From contig NW_015167533.1 of NCBI RefSeq assembly GCF_001447785.1, positions 1,494,717 to 1,558,716 of the forward strand: a stretch of DNA of 64,000 nucleotides, in the 5' to 3' direction. Positions 37,212-51,207 of this stretch are shown here, piece after piece. Positions within the stretch are counted from its first letter, which is position 1. Each line of letters starts with the position of its first letter. The position numbers were made by a program, and so were the translations under genes. Below the pieces are notes generated by a model that worked only from the letters and a program-made list of their open reading frames with translations, searched no databases and was not told where the DNA came from. Source of the stretch: Gekko japonicus. Taxonomy: Eukaryota.

Positions 37212-38407
37212 TTTGTTTTCTACAGTAATTGAAAGATAAGTTAGCACACATTAGAATAGAATGTCTCTGAGAAGTGGAGTCTTCTTGGATCACTGATTCA
37301 CCCTATCTATGGTTTTCTTTCCACAGCACATATGCATCCCATTAAGCAGTGGTACTAATTTCAGCATCGTTGGGAGCCACATTTTCTATTAAGTTTTATT
37401 TTTACTGGTTTTTTATTGTGATTTCTCTTCTCATCAGTGCATCTTTTATTGCAGGTGCCTTGGTTCTTGCTTTGTGGAAGACACGAAGAGTAAATAAATA
37501 AATGTTGCATTTTGTGATTTTTGTTGTTGTTGCTAAAAGTTTGTCTAGTTCAGGAGACCCTGGAGCTAATTCAGTTCCAATTGAAGGATATTTGCTAATG
37601 GATAATAATCCAGGAGGACTTTCTTCATGAGGCATTTACAGAAAAGTGTTGCTAATAGATAACAAAAGCAGTAGAAAATAGGAAAATCTGCATATGATGC
37701 TGGAAAATAAAGAATTTAAAATCAAAACTTTGTACTCAATTGTTTATTTCAATACAAAATCAGCTCTAAAGAATCAGCAATAATAACAAGAGAAGAAATG
37801 GGGGGAGGAATAGAAGATAGGGATAAAACGGTAAGGGGACCATGCAGTGCAATGGATACTTAAAATTGAGCACAAATTATGGAGTGGCAAAGAGGTACTT
37901 TCCTCCAAAGGAGAGGCTATTTCTGGACTTCAGGAAGGTGTTTGCATATCCCATATGCCTGAGTGCAAAATTTTGCAACTTTAATAGTTTTCTCCTGGGA
38001 AACGTCTACAAGATGGAGAGAGACATATAGTTGTTCACATCTTCCTGGGAAAGTCGAAAGTATTGGACTGTATATTGAGAGCAGATATCATTGTAAAATG
38101 GGCAGTGCAGCAGAATGTGTTGAATAACCTTGTTGAATATTTTCACTGCATGACATGGGCAGAACCATTGAGAGAGTAGGACACAATGGGATCTGCCTTC
38201 CAGGAGGGCTGAAGGTAGAATGTTAAAGTGTGCAACAGTAAAGATTCTTTGATATTTGGAGATCGTGAGGAATATGAGGTAATCTACTGCTTGTAAACAT
38301 TTAGTGTATCAGAGAATCGTTGAATGTTTCCATGTCTGTGCTCTGTCCAATTGTAGAGCTTGATCCCAGAGATACTGTTTCTTTAGCTTTTTGGCTCCCA
38401 AGACATA

Positions 38408-38691
38408 AGAAGAAGAGAAGAAGAGTTTGGATTTGTACCCCACCCTTCACTACCCAAAGGAGTCTCAGAGTTGCTTACAAACTCCTTTCCCTTCCCCTCC
38501 CCACAACAGACACCTCGTGAGGTAGGTGGGGCTGAGAGAACTCTGACAGAAACAGCTCTTTTTCAAGAACAGCTGTGCTGGAATTATGGCTTGCCAAAGG
38601 TCATCCAGCAGGTGCAAGTGGAGGAGTGGGGAATCAAACCCGGTTCTCCCAGATTAGAATCTGCACACTTAAGCACTACACCAAACTGGCT
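38408..38691 (-). mobile_element. Squam3/CORE-like SINE, inserted after the A/B duplication
   Basis: Absent at the paralogous A site (~26625). Flanked by TAAGA. Confidence 0.82.
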
Positions 38692-40485
38692 AATAAGACT
38701 TGGGGGGGGGGAGGCCGGTCTCTTGAAGTTTTCCCTCTATTGCAGTTTGCCAAGCTGATCAGTGGCTATCATCAGGGGTCAAGAGGGCTAGGCCCAATGG
38801 ATTGGAAGCAAGTTTTAACCAGTAGGTGACTGCAAAGAGCCACATATGGGTCTCCAAAGAGATTGTAGCAGACTCTAATCTAAGGAGGGCATTTGAGATG
38901 CATTGTGGAACTCCAAGGATTGATCACAAGAACTTGAATTGTACTGCTTCCAGTGAGTGCCTTCTTTATAGATACAGACATGCATAAAATTTAACATTTA
39001 AAGAATTGCTGAATTCCATTCAAAAGTTTCCCCCCCTCCAGGATTCCTTTCTGCAATCTGTCCAATTGAGTCTCAAATTACAATTAATCTGGGGAATCCA
39101 TCTGACTGACCTGTCATCTCTGGTCACTCCATCATTGATGAGTATGCATGCCACTGGATCTTCCTTAACAAATGGCTTGAAGGATGCGACAACACCATTT
39201 TAAGTCTAGGTCTCCAAACCTCAACCCAGAAAGTAGTAGTTTAAATTTCACACTTTACAAACTTCTTCTTAAAATTATTTTCTTTTATAATTGAGGCTTT
39301 GGGTACCACTTTGTCTTCTAGTTGTCAGTGAAGGAAATGCCTAGACTCAGGGTGAAGCCTGAGAGTCAATTGCCCTGTTATGAAGGAATTATAGGCTTGA
39401 AGGAACCACATAGGAGGTGGTGAGAACAACTAAGAAACAGGTTTCTTTCAGTGGTGTATGTGACTTGATTGTTTCTTTGTTTTCCTTTTCTACAGCTACA
39501 GTAAAAATGTTACTGGAGAGCTGGTGCCTGAGAAATAATAACCGCAAGGTGCAATGTTGACATGGCCAACACCAAGCTCCAGTAGTCCCCTTTGGAATAG
39601 CCGATGCTGAGCTAGATACACAATCTCAATCAGTACCTTCAGCTTTACTGGGTAATTTGTCCCCCTCTTTATTTATTTACATTGTCAAGAGACTACTCCC
39701 AAGTGCATGGCATTAGATTCTGTGCCTCCTTACTTGTCAGCCAAGGTACAAGTGGATTGCTGATCGGTGGGGGGATAATAATATTCTAAATCAATCACTC
39801 AATCAGTGTAGTGCTCATCACTGAAATGGCCTGCACCAAACTCCCATGGTCCTCTTTGGAATAGCTAGTACTGGGTTCCATATACAATCTCAGTCAATAG
39901 CATCCCGATTTTCCAGGTCATTTGTTCAGCTATGTATATATATATATATCATTAATACCCTGCCTTTGTCACTGACACTTGATATGGGTCACACAGCACA
40001 AATCAGTGGGACATCCAGTGAATAACACAATCACGTTTGGATTACAAAACTCTGAAAATGAGCAGAAATCTGAAACCAGAGGTGAAACAAAGCATGCACA
40101 TTAACACGACATTGAGCAATGTGGAAGTTACATAGGAGTATGACACTTACTGCAACAGACAGAATGTACTGTGCACAGTCTCAGTCCCTATCCCTTTATT
40201 AAAATACTAGCAGTAAAGCCCATTGTGAAAGCAATACAACGAGATCTAGAAAGAGGCTGTTTCTTGAAACTTTTCACTGTACTGTAGCCCTATGACATGT
40301 ATAAAAAAGCTGTCTTGAATAAATCAGTTTGCATAGGACGTAGAAAGCCAGGATTGTGGGAACCTTCCTGATCTCATTAGGCAGGTCATTGTACAAAGCA
40401 GAGAATGCACATGCATGGGTGGCTGTCAATTTTGACCACGTGAAGAAGAGAAACTGCAAATGGTTGTGTTCAGATAAGCAAATCT

Positions 40486-40703
40486 GCCGGCTCTCTACTT
40501 GCATTTCGCACAAGGCTTTTGCAAAAGCCAAGCCAAGAGTCTCCCAATTTACTCTAGAATAACGCTTTCAACGGGGACCTCTGTCTCCCATATCAACAGT
40601 AAAGATAGAGAAGCTCGTTGAAAGCATTATTCTAAAGTAAATCCGGAGACTCTTGGCTTGGCTTTTGCAAAAGCCTTGTGTGAAACATGAGTAGAGAGCC
40701 AGC
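40486..40703. repeat. Long palindrome (probable MITE)
   Basis: About 100-bp inverted arms around a ~15-bp loop. Confidence 0.8.
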
Positions 40704-41049
40704 AACCTGTAAAAGCAGCAAGCCTTGAACCGACATTTTATGACAAAAGTGCAATGAGAACTGATCCCTGAAGACACTGGGCTGACAAAGTGTCTATGTT
40801 CTAATGGTCTTTATCTGCAGCACTTCTGTATATTTTGGATTACTTTGGACTGTTTTCATGTACTGGGTGGTTTACATTATTTGAAGAGAACAATTGCCAT
40901 AATATTGTTGTAATTATAAGTTCCTTGTGACACTTCATATAAAAAAGTATTTTGCATACACTTTTGATATTTCTATACACAGTTATTTTTGTTTCTTGGC
41001 TATTCTGTACTGTGCATTTTCCCTGTTTGCTTTTGTGATGGAACATAGG

Positions 41050-41300
41050 GGCAGAGGCTGTTCCATGGAGAGGATGGACCCAGGGCAAAGGGCTTTGTAT
41101 GTGATAGTCAACTTCATGAGTTTAGTTCTCTTACTGATGGGCAGCCAATGGAGAGACTGCAGAAGAGGAGTAATATGCATACTTCATGTATCCCATGATA
41201 ATAAATGAGCTGCAACATTCTACATATGTTGCAGTCTCTTTGTGGTATTGATGAAGTCCAAGTTATACAGATGGGTAATCACCACAGAGTGTGCTGCTGA
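41050..41300 (-). mobile_element. L2-like LINE ORF2 C-terminal remnant
   Basis: HITPLLQSLHWLPI..YKAL motif. Confidence 0.65.
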
Positions 41301-42986
41301 TCTTCCCAGTATCTCCTGATCACTACTACTACCACTACCACTAAAAACTCAGGAGTTGGAGTCTATTCTCCATTAATTTCCTCCATGGGGTAGCATAAGA
41401 ATCAGATTTTAATAGACATAAGCAGGGGTCATTTTGTAGAAAAAGAGCTAGGGGGACTCATTAGCATAACTCATCAGCATATGCCACACCCCCTGACATC
41501 ACCGGAAGTGTGTCCTCCCCACAGCCGGCGGCGACCTCCAGCGGGCACCAGCAGGGAGCTCCAGGAGATTTTAATAGACATAAGCTTTTGTGGCAAGTAA
41601 AAATTTCAGTCAAAGACCCTTACTCATGCTCACACTTCCAGAAATTGTAAGCCAGGTTTCACCCTTAAAGAAACATTAGCCACACAACTTGGCATCCTTG
41701 TGATCTACAAAAATAATGACAAAGGGGAATCTAGTGTCTCTCTGCAGGCCTTAATAAGTACTGAAGCTCTGGAGAGAAACTGACCACCTACTTCGGCATT
41801 AAAAACTGAAATAACAGCAGGAACAAACTGGCCATCTTTGCTGTAAAAAATGGCCTTTTTTGTGACTGAGGCCTTGCTATAAGCATCCTTAAGATGGGCC
41901 CTCCGGGCCAAATTAGCTTGGAAGTGAATTCCTAAGTAACAAAACTGGGTAATTTGCTCAATGGGTTTCCCATTAACTTGTCAGTTATACCTCTTTGGGT
42001 GATTAGATTTAGAAAACACCATCACCTTAGATTTCTCTTAGTTAATTGGCGGTGCTTCTGCATTACGATATTCCAAGAAGGCCCTCAGCAGTCACCGGGG
42101 AGATGCACAGGAGATCTAGCTAACAGAAGTACATTATCACCATATAATATCACTGATATTGGGTGTTAGCCGACATAGGATAATGACATTTGGGGTTTCT
42201 CAAAAAGGATGCCCTAACTTTTACATATAAATTAAACAACAATGGAGCTAGCAGGCATCCTGCCAAATGCCCTTCTGTAAAGAGATAGAGTTAGATGTAA
42301 CGATTCTACAAAATTCACACAAATATATGTTCGACAGGTGAACCCGCTTTGCTCGAAGGTGGTGATGAGATGTGAGCTGATGACTCAGTCGGTTTCATCC
42401 ATACCAAGCAGCTGCAAATGTCTACTAAACTGGCTTGCATTATTCTTTTGCAGAACTGCACATATGCAAGTCTCCGCTGATTCAGACTTGTCAGCAGCCA
42501 TTAGCGTCACTACGAACTACTTTTTGAAATATAACATTTATTTATGAATGATCTTACTAATTAGAGTGATCCAATATTCTATCCAGAATAGATTCAGACA
42601 ATTGCCTGCTGAAAAAAATGCAGGAAGGATGGAGGATACGGGAATTAAATTGGACTGCATGAAAACGTAACACATAGACAACTGCATTGCAATGCATGGA
42701 TTGAAGGGCTTAGGGCCAAACAACTAATTGCATTCTCCATTTAGTGTTTGAAATTATTTATTATACTTGTACTATTTAAAATATTTATGTACAGTCTGTC
42801 CATGAAAATATACCGATTGTGTTTCACAACATAATAAAATAAACTATATCAAAAATCTAGTAAGTCATCACATAATGGAACATATCACAGGAAAGCACGA
42901 CTGCACAAATAGTAGCTCAAGCAAAGGTCAAGACTGGACCTTTTGTCATTATTCTACAGGAGAAAGGCATGGTATAACTTGATTCT

Positions 42987-43888
42987 TTAATGCTTTTTTG
43001 TTATCACTTGTTCTCTTCTGTTCATCTCAGGCCTCAGAACAATAATGTAGCATTTGGGGAAAAAGATACAACACAGTAATGCAGCACCGGAGGCCAAGAT
43101 AGAGAAAATCTCTACTGCTACCATATATTTCCCTTTGGTGCTCAGGTAGGTTGGGACAAAACACAGCCAAACACTGCAAAACATCAGCATGCTGAAGGTG
43201 ATGAATTTGGCTTCGTTAAAACTGTCTGGCAACTTCCTGGCAAAGAAAGCCACACTAAAACTTATGGAGGACAGAAGACCCATATAGGCCAGTACAATAT
43301 AAAACATCACCACAGACCCTTCATTGCATTCTGCTATGACCTCTGTGGCCATTGACTTTGTGTCCAAATCTGGGAATGGGGGAGTGGTTCCTAGCCACAC
43401 GGTACAGATACACATTTGGATAATGGAGCAGGAAATGACAGTAGAGTTGGTCAGTCTTTTCCCCATCCACTTCCTCATACTGGACCCTGGCTTGTTGGCC
43501 ATGAAAGCCAGAACCACATTGATGGTTTTGGCCAAGACACAAGAAACACTCACAGAAAAGGTGATGCCAAAAGCAAATTGTCTGAAGAAGCAGGTCACCT
43601 TCCTTGGCCTTCCAAGGAAGAGGAATGCACAGAGGAAGCAAAGCAGGAGAGAGATAAGGAGAGTATAAGTGACATCCTGGTTGCTGGCTTTGACAATGGG
43701 AGTGTTTTTGAACTTTATAAAAATTCTTAATATCAAAACTGTGATCAAGGAGAAAGAAACAGCAACCGAAGCCAAACAGATCCCCATTGGTTCTTCATAG
43801 GAGAGAAATTGTATCATCTTGGGAATGCAGTGATCTTGATCCTGGCTTGGATATTGATCTTCTGGACATGAAGAACAGTCATCCATGT
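42987..43888 (-). CDS. V2R-C exon 6 (7TM)
   Basis: [12 protein letters not shown] and [12 protein letters not shown] motifs. CAG acceptor at 43889-43891. Confidence 0.95.
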
Positions 43889-44889
43889 CTGAAAAAAGAA
43901 AGAGCGACCATCTCAGTGTCCATGTATATGAAATCGAGGGCTGATTTTCTTGCCCCTCCTTCAATACGTGAGAAATTATTCATGCTGAATTCCAGCAACT
44001 GATTCTGTGTGCTAGGGAGTATCACCTACAGATATATTTTAATATTATCTAGATATCTGTAATAAACAAAGTTTGAGCCCAGTGGCATCCTAAGGCCCTG
44101 GTCACACGGAAGATTTTGGCCCGGGAGAGGGACGGACCGGGGGCGCAGCAAATGGGCGGAATCTCACCGCAACATCTGGGAAGCGGCGCGCACCCGTCCC
44201 CAATCCATCCCTAAACCCGGAAAAGCCGCTGAAAAAAAGAACCTCTTACAGAGGAGGACTTACCTGAAGCACCGCAGCAAGCGTGGCTGTGGGATCGCCG
44301 CCGCACCCGTCGTCCGGAGCAATCCAGACTCCTGGCTGAACTGCACACGTGCACACATGCACAGTTTGGCAGTCTTGCTCTCCCTTCAGTAGCTTCCCCC
44401 TGGCATCTGATCGTGCCAGGGAGGAACTGTGCGGCAGCTCAGGGGATCTATGTGATCCCTCCACCGCAGGTTTCTTTTGGTGCGGTAACTCATTTATTTA
44501 TTTATTTATCGCATTTATATCCCGCCCTCCCACCCCCGTGTGGCAGGGGCCCAGGACCAACAAAGTTTAATTCTGTGTATAAGTTTTCCTGTGCATGCAC
44601 ACTTCTTCAGAGACATTGCTTCAAACTAGCATGGCTACCCACCTGAATCTGGAACAGACAAGTTACTTTTCCTAGCTATGTTGCCTCAGATCATTTCATT
44701 TCGAGATGTTACTGACTGAACTGAGGTGTTCTTAATGCATAGCAAGTGTGCGTATTCTACCAACTTCCCCCAAAGTTTAATGTTTGCCTCAATTCCATCT
44801 CTTCTGGTTTTAATCCTGTTTGTGTGTGTGTGTGTGTTTGCAAAGGTGTTGAGGAAAGCGTTTGTGGAATGACCTCCATCAGCTGGGCG

Positions 44890-45871
44890 AGTGGGTGACA
44901 ATGTGGCACATGAAGTTCAGTGTTGGTAAGTGTAAAGTGATGCACATCGGGACAAAAAACAACAACACTCCCTGCTTCAAGTATAGACTAATGAGATCTG
45001 AACTTGCTGAGATTGAGAGGGGAAAAGATCTTGGATAGATCTTGGATAGCTCAGTGAAAGTGTCAATCTGGTGTGCTGTGGCAGTGAAAAAGGCAAACTC
45101 TGTGTTAGAGATTATTAGGAAAGGGGTTGAGAATAAAACAACCGATATTGTAATGCCCCTGTATAGATCTATGGTGTGGCCACATTACTATGTACAGTTC
45201 TAGTCCCCTGGCGGGGAGGGCGAGGTATGAATTGAATAAAATAAATAAATAAATATCTCAAAAAGGACACTGCAGAGCTGGGGAAAGTACCGAGGGGGGC
45301 AACTAATATGTTTAGGGGGTTGGAGCACTTTCCCTAGGAGGAAAGGCTGAAGTGTCTGGGACTTTTCAGTTTATAAATGAGACGACTAAGGGGGGAACAT
45401 GATAGAGGTGTATACAGTTATGAATGGGATGGAGAGAGTTGACAGAGAGATTTTTTTTCTCTCTCTCCCAAAATACTAGAACGCGAGGGCATACAATGAA
45501 ACTGATTGGCAGTAGGTTCAAGATGGACAAAAGGAAATACTTCTTTACACAGGGAGTGATTAAGATGTTGAATTCACTGCCAGAGGATGGAGTAATGGCC
45601 ACAGGAATAAACAGCTTTCAAAGGGGATAAGATTGATTCATGAAAGATATGACTATCAATGGCTGCTAGCCATGGTGACTGAGGGGAACCTCAATATTCA
45701 GAGGCACCAATCCTCTGAATCCCACAGCCAAGAGGAAACATCAGGGGAAGGCCTTGGCCTCTACACCCTGTTGTTGACCCTCCAGAGGAACTGGTTAACC
45801 ACTATATGAGACAGGATGCTGGACTACAGGGACCTCTGGTCTGATACAGCAGGGCTTTTCTTATGTTCTTA
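44890..45871 (+). mobile_element. CR1 LINE 3' portion
   Basis: TRGHTMKL..RFKMDKRKYFFTQGVIK..NSLP motif and a TTCTTATGTTCTTA tail. Confidence 0.85.
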
Positions 45872-45887
45872 AGGCACAGTCACCTAC

Positions 45888-46014
45888 CCTTCTGGATCGA
45901 AATCTTCCCCTCTGGGCAAGGAACACATTCATAGCAGCAAAATTTCTCCCCTTCTTTCTTTCTTTTCATATAACTGGGGTGACAGGAGTCTCTACATCTT
46001 GAAACAGGCAGAGT
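45888..46014 (-). CDS. V2R-C exon 5 (cysteine-rich domain)
   Basis: TLPVSRCRDSCHPSYMKRKKEGEKFCCYECVPCPEGKISIQK, 127 bp, AG/GT. Confidence 0.92.
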
Positions 46015-46622
46015 CTGTTCAAGAAGATAGAAGCTTATGGCACCTTAGAGTCTAATGAATGTTAATTGCAAATAAAAAACTTTAAAGAAAAAAAGCAATG
46101 TTAGAGACAAATGTGCAACTCAGGGGAAAAGAACCCGATTTTCCATGTGACAATAAAGGGACTCCTGCTAATATCTGCAAGCTTTGAAATGCAACTACCA
46201 ATAAAATGACAATCTCTTTTAAAATTGCCTAGTTTTTCGCCTTCTCTTCCCCAAATATGCTAGGAAGTTATGTCCAAATTTGCAAAATTTTCAAAGATTT
46301 GCAACGGAATCCTAAGCACAGTCTACGCCATCTAGATCAAATTAAGTCAATGGAATCTAGTCAATGGAACGTTGTGGTTCTGCTTAGGATCAACACTGTT
46401 AGAATCCAGCCTTGTAGCTTTGATATTTCTTCACCGTTTCTGGAATTCTCTGATAAGCAATATAGTGACTGCTCTAACATGGAACAAAAGATCTACTTTT
46501 TTTTTCTTACCTAAGATTCTTTGGATTTATGAACAAGTGTGCTTCATGATCAGAATTATAAGCAAGTGTGCTTAAAGATCTAAGATCCTGTGTTAACAGG
46601 AACAGAGACAATTGATACCTTT

Positions 46623-46767
46623 GGCTGCAGTAACACACACTAAATAATCCACTTCCAAACCACTTTCAAACTGGATTTTTTTACTGTGTGAACTGGCAAA
46701 ATCCAGTTGGAAAGTGGATTGAAAGTGGATTTTGAAAGTGGATTATTTAGTGTGTATGATCGCAGCC
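46623..46767. mobile_element. Palindromic MITE (second copy at 50701-50842)
   Basis: GGCTGC..CACACTAAATAATCCAC / GTGGATTATTTAGTGTG..CAGCC inverted arms. Confidence 0.7.
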
Positions 46768-46930
46768 AATTTGTTTGTTTAGCATCTGATGGCACTGAGT
46801 TCATTACAGGTATTGATCAACCGTTATGTTGTCCAATTATGCTCAAAAGGATGTGGCTACCATCCCCCTTCTCCCTGGTTAACTGACACTTAGAAAGAAG
46901 CTGCCTTTTGAAACACTCTAGAATCCATAC

Positions 46931-47158
46931 CTGATTAAACACCTTGCTCCACACAAGTAAATCCTCTTGAAGGGTGACTTCCTTCCCTTCAGGAGCCTTG
47001 GGATCCACCCTTCCAACTTTTATTCTAATGATGGAGTTGTTAGGAAAGGAGACCATGTTCAGGATGTCAAATCCACCTCCCATTTCCCTATTCTCGTCCA
47101 AAGATATTGTTTCTCCAGCTGAGTTGTTAAATGATATTCCTTGCAGAAACTGGTGCAG
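46931..47158 (-). CDS. V2R-C exon 4
   Basis: LHQFLQGISFNNSAGETI..GFDILNMVSFPN..VFNQ, 228 bp. Confidence 0.92.
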
Positions 47159-48486
47159 CTAATTGAAAGAAACAAAAGACATGCAAATAAAGCAACATCT
47201 GTGATAATTCATACTCAGGACTGCAAACATCTTCCCTTGCTGCTAATATACTTCTGAACAGCTCCATATAGACTCTGCCTGAAAATCAAGTAACAGAAGA
47301 TATCTCACTGCTGACCTATTATATTTTCAAATATTTCAAGTTCCAGATAGCAGAAAATGTGAACCCATGAAAATTGGTCAATGAATAATGTAAAGAACCA
47401 GATATTAATGCAAGAGATATTTCAAAATAGTACAACTCATATCATGGCAAAAAAGACTATCTCTCTCTCTCTCTCTTTCTCTTGAACAACTCAAGTTTCC
47501 AGATGAGTAACAATGATATAATATACAATAAAATATACGATCACAGATGGGGGGGGACCATGATCACACGAGCGGTTTGGCCCGACACAGCCCCCCCTCC
47601 CCTCTGAATCAAATGGGCACAGTCAGACAGCCACATCTGTTAAGTGTCCCCCAGCCACACATATCCCATCATAGGATGACTGGGAGCTGGGTTAAAAAGA
47701 CACCACATCAGAAGTGGTGTTTTTGGTTACCAGCGCAGTCATTGCACATGGCCGGATGCCTGAACGTGGGGGAGCAAACACAGAATGGATTTGGCAGTCT
47801 GAACCTGCAGTTCCTTTCTACAACTAGGGAGGGGTTTTTTTAATTGCCTATATGTGCATGTGTGTATGCACATGAGCGCATGTGTGCACATATGCACACT
47901 TATGCACGTACATGAATTTTATTTTTTTTCCGCAGTGCACTCCATGGCTGAGGCACTGCAACCATGTGGATGCTTTACCATGGGATGCCTCCATGAGTAA
48001 CCCACAACAAGGTGTGCTGTGTGGTGGATATGCCCAGCAACAATTTAAATCGGTTCAATTTGAGGCAGCACCATATTGCGCCAAGCCGCCAGTGTTACCA
48101 CGACTATTGAACCAATAAAGATAAGGTATGTTAAAACATCTGAATATTGAAGAAGCCCTAAGCCGTGGGAAGTACTACTCGGAACTTCGGATCTACGATC
48201 TGCCATCTTTGGACTGACGGAAACATTGAGCACCATGTTTTAACTGAGGATATTTTAAAATGTATTATATGTTTTATATTATTATGTATATGATGTTTTT
48301 ATTATGGGAAGGTTCTGCCTTGCCTCTGTAAGCCACCCTGAGCCCATTGGGGAGGGTGGGGTATAAACGTAAAATAAATAAATAAATACTTTAATGTGCA
48401 AGTCGAAACACACCAGTCAAAATATATTGCCAGCTAGCAAGACACACACCCCCTCTTTGCCCAGACACACATTGTGTTCATGTTAC

Positions 48487-49341
48487 CTGCCAAGGCTGAG
48501 CATCATGGAACTCAGTATTTCTGCCTCCTAAAACTGACTGATCATTGGATTGGGAGGAGTACATGGTATGCAAAGCATGTGCCACAGCATAGACGGCATT
48601 GTAGATGCCATAGCTGTGCCCAGTCATGCTCATTTCAAAAACAGGACCAGGAAGACTCTCCAGTCTCTCCTTTCCAGTACATTTAGGGCTCTTCACTGCA
48701 AAACTAGAAAACACACATTCAAAGGCATGTTCCCAGAAGTCTTTGAAAAATCCATTGTCTAATGTTCTGAAGGATTTCATGCTCTGAAGAAATTTCTCAA
48801 ACTTGAGATGCTTCTGTGAATGCATTGTCAAGGAAATAGTGCCATGGAAAATGGTCAGATCTAAACCCCTCTCCAGATCTGATACAGCAAAATCAACCTG
48901 ACTTGTAGTAATCCACACCTTACCAACAGATGTGAGTTCCTTATATTCCTCATTTAACGAACACGTTACAATGAACATAAATATCATGGTATGAGTATCT
49001 CCATAGACAATATATATCCTGGCATTGCTCAATTTGAAAAGTAGATAAACCTTTGAGAAAATGTTATTCATTTCAATCCAGTCATTGACACGCCTTTTTT
49101 GTGGCACCCATTGTAGGAAGGCTGGACAGATTCCATGCTGTGAAAGCAACGGTTCCAGGGCCTTTGTGAAATGTTCTCCACGGTCATCATCCACTGCAAA
49201 AAGTCCAACCCATGTCCATTGGAAATGCTTAAGTAACCAGATAATCCCTGTGTACTGATGGGTTTCTTCAGGGGCCACATGGTAAGATAACAGAGACTGG
49301 ACTGATTTCCTCTCTTCTGGAGCAAATGACCTAAATGAGAA
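48487..49341 (-). CDS. V2R-C exon 3
   Basis: FSFRSFAP..LKHFQWTWVG..SYGIYNAVYAVAHALH..QPWQ, 855 bp. Confidence 0.93.
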
Positions 49342-49716
49342 CTGAAATAAATGTTCATAGTAAAGGAGTGTTCGAATTAGTGTTCTTCCTTCTCTTCAAG
49401 GGCTGTTTGTCAACCTCAATTCCAGATTGTACTCTACAGAGCTGGTTTGCCATGTATTCTACAAACTGAAATTTTGAAATACCATGACATTTCTGAAAAA
49501 CACGCTGGGATAGTATATACTCTGTTTCTTGTCCTCTCTTCCTAACTGAAGACAATCTGCCCAGTTCTGTACATCTATAATATACATTCTTTCAGTGTAT
49601 GATATCTCATCACATAACATCATGTTTCTGAACCAGAAAACTAGTATGTGATGGCAGTAAAAAGGGAATAATGGATACGGCAGGTGAAAATCCAGCCACC
49701 CATTCATAGCTCCCAC

Positions 49717-50008
49717 CTGTGGAATTTTGTAGAGATTTAAGATGTCTGAAATACAGTTGGAGATATCAGAGCTAAGTCCTTCAATCACAGTGACTAGTTT
49801 CTTCGAGGCTGAACACTTGTAGTTAGGAACTAATCTGTGTGATTTGAAGAGCAGGTCCAGAGTGGCGCGATAGGTCATCCTCTCATAATAGTAGCTGTCA
49901 TAGATATGGAATCCAATGGTGAAGTTGGACAAAATCTTGGGATTATCATTTATCTCTTTTATGGCAAACACCAAGGCGAAAGCATGCTGGTAGCATTTTG
50001 TCAGCACA
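49717..50008 (-). CDS. V2R-C exon 2
   Basis: YQHAFALVFAIKEINDNPKIL..IYDS..YKIPQ, 292 bp. Confidence 0.93.
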
Positions 50009-50198
50009 CTGCAAAGAGAGTTTTATATGCTTTCACAAACACATTTGACATGGAATAAAGTGGTTTTATCACACTTCTGGTCCTTTTGGGCTATCAATGG
50101 TTCACTTGTCTGTCAGTAAGGTAATTTTTTTAAAAAAAATCTGTGTCATGTTTCTGAGGTAATCTAACTTCCCTTGCAACGCTAGTAATATTTAAGAG

Positions 50199-50465
50199 GG
50201 AAGAAGAAGAGTTGGATTTATACCCCACCCTGCACTCAGAGTCTCAGAGTGGCTTACAAACTCCTTCCTTTTCTCTCCCCACAACAGACACCCTGTGAGG
50301 TAGGTGGGTTGAGAGAGCTCTGAAAGAACTGCACTTGAGAGAACAGCTTTGAGGGAACTGTGACTGACCCATGGTTACTCAGCTGGCTGCATGTGGAGGA
50401 GCACAGAATCAAACTTGGTTCTCCAGATTAGATTCCACTGCTGTTTAACCACTACACCAAACTGG
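50199..50465 (-). mobile_element. Squam3/CORE-like SINE
   Basis: Reverse complement of the family consensus. Confidence 0.8.
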
Positions 50466-50700
50466 ATCTCAGCTAAGAGTGGTTGAGAATGGAGTTTAAA
50501 AAAATATCTAAGGAAAGATTTCCATGAACCTCTCTCCCTCGATGTTCATTAATTTTTCCTAGAATTACTGTACTTTACCTTGTAACAAAATAAATGAAGG
50601 GTGATCTCTAGAGATGTTGCTAGATATTTCTCAGGATACCAGAGACACATCTCACAAAATAGCAGAATTCAAGGGGTCCTTACTATTTCCTCTGCTTCCT

Positions 50701-50842
50701 GGCCTGCAGTCACACATACTAAATAATCCACCTCCAGTCCATTTTCAGTGCACTTTTGAATTGGATTTTGCCAGTTCACACAGTAAAAATCCATCTGGAA
50801 AGTGCGTTGAAAGTGGATTATTTAGTGTGTGTGACCACAGCC
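50701..50842. mobile_element. Palindromic MITE
   Basis: Same family as 46623-46767. Confidence 0.7.
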
Positions 50843-51001
50843 ATAGTCTCTGCCAAACAATGTTACCAGTGAATTGATGCTAACGGGGGTAAAGTGCAAT
50901 ATGGGCTGATGCATTTTTTTCTTTATCATTTTACAAATGACTAAAGATTTATTTGCCATTAAAAAAGCTTCAGTAGACCTTTGGCTACTACTACTTCAGA
51001 C

Positions 51002-51207
51002 CAATGTTCCCTCTAAGCTGAGTTAGTATGGGCTAGCTCACAGTTTTTTAGCCTCCAGCTCACACATTTTTCTCTTGGCTCAGGAAGGATGGCTCCAGAG
51101 TAAACTAATGTGTGCAGTAGCCAAATTGCTCACTCACAACTGGAATGCTGGTAGCTCACAAAGTAGAATTCTTGCTCACAAGACTCCACAGCTTAGAGAG
51201 AGCATTG
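51002..51207. mobile_element. hAT-type MITE
   Basis: TIR CAATGTTCCCTCTAAGC / GCTTAGAGAGAGCATTG. 8-bp TSD CTTCAGAC/CTTCAGAT. Confidence 0.82.

Larger units (their letters stand above)
27944..38957 (+). repeat. Segmental duplication unit 2 (contains V2R-B)
   Basis: Homologous to 12317-26885, with copy-specific insertions and a large deletion. Confidence 0.88.

Noticed and set aside
41920-42540. Possible degraded retroelement coding remnant (also 55070-55560)
   Set aside because: No recognisable motif by eye. It needs a profile search.
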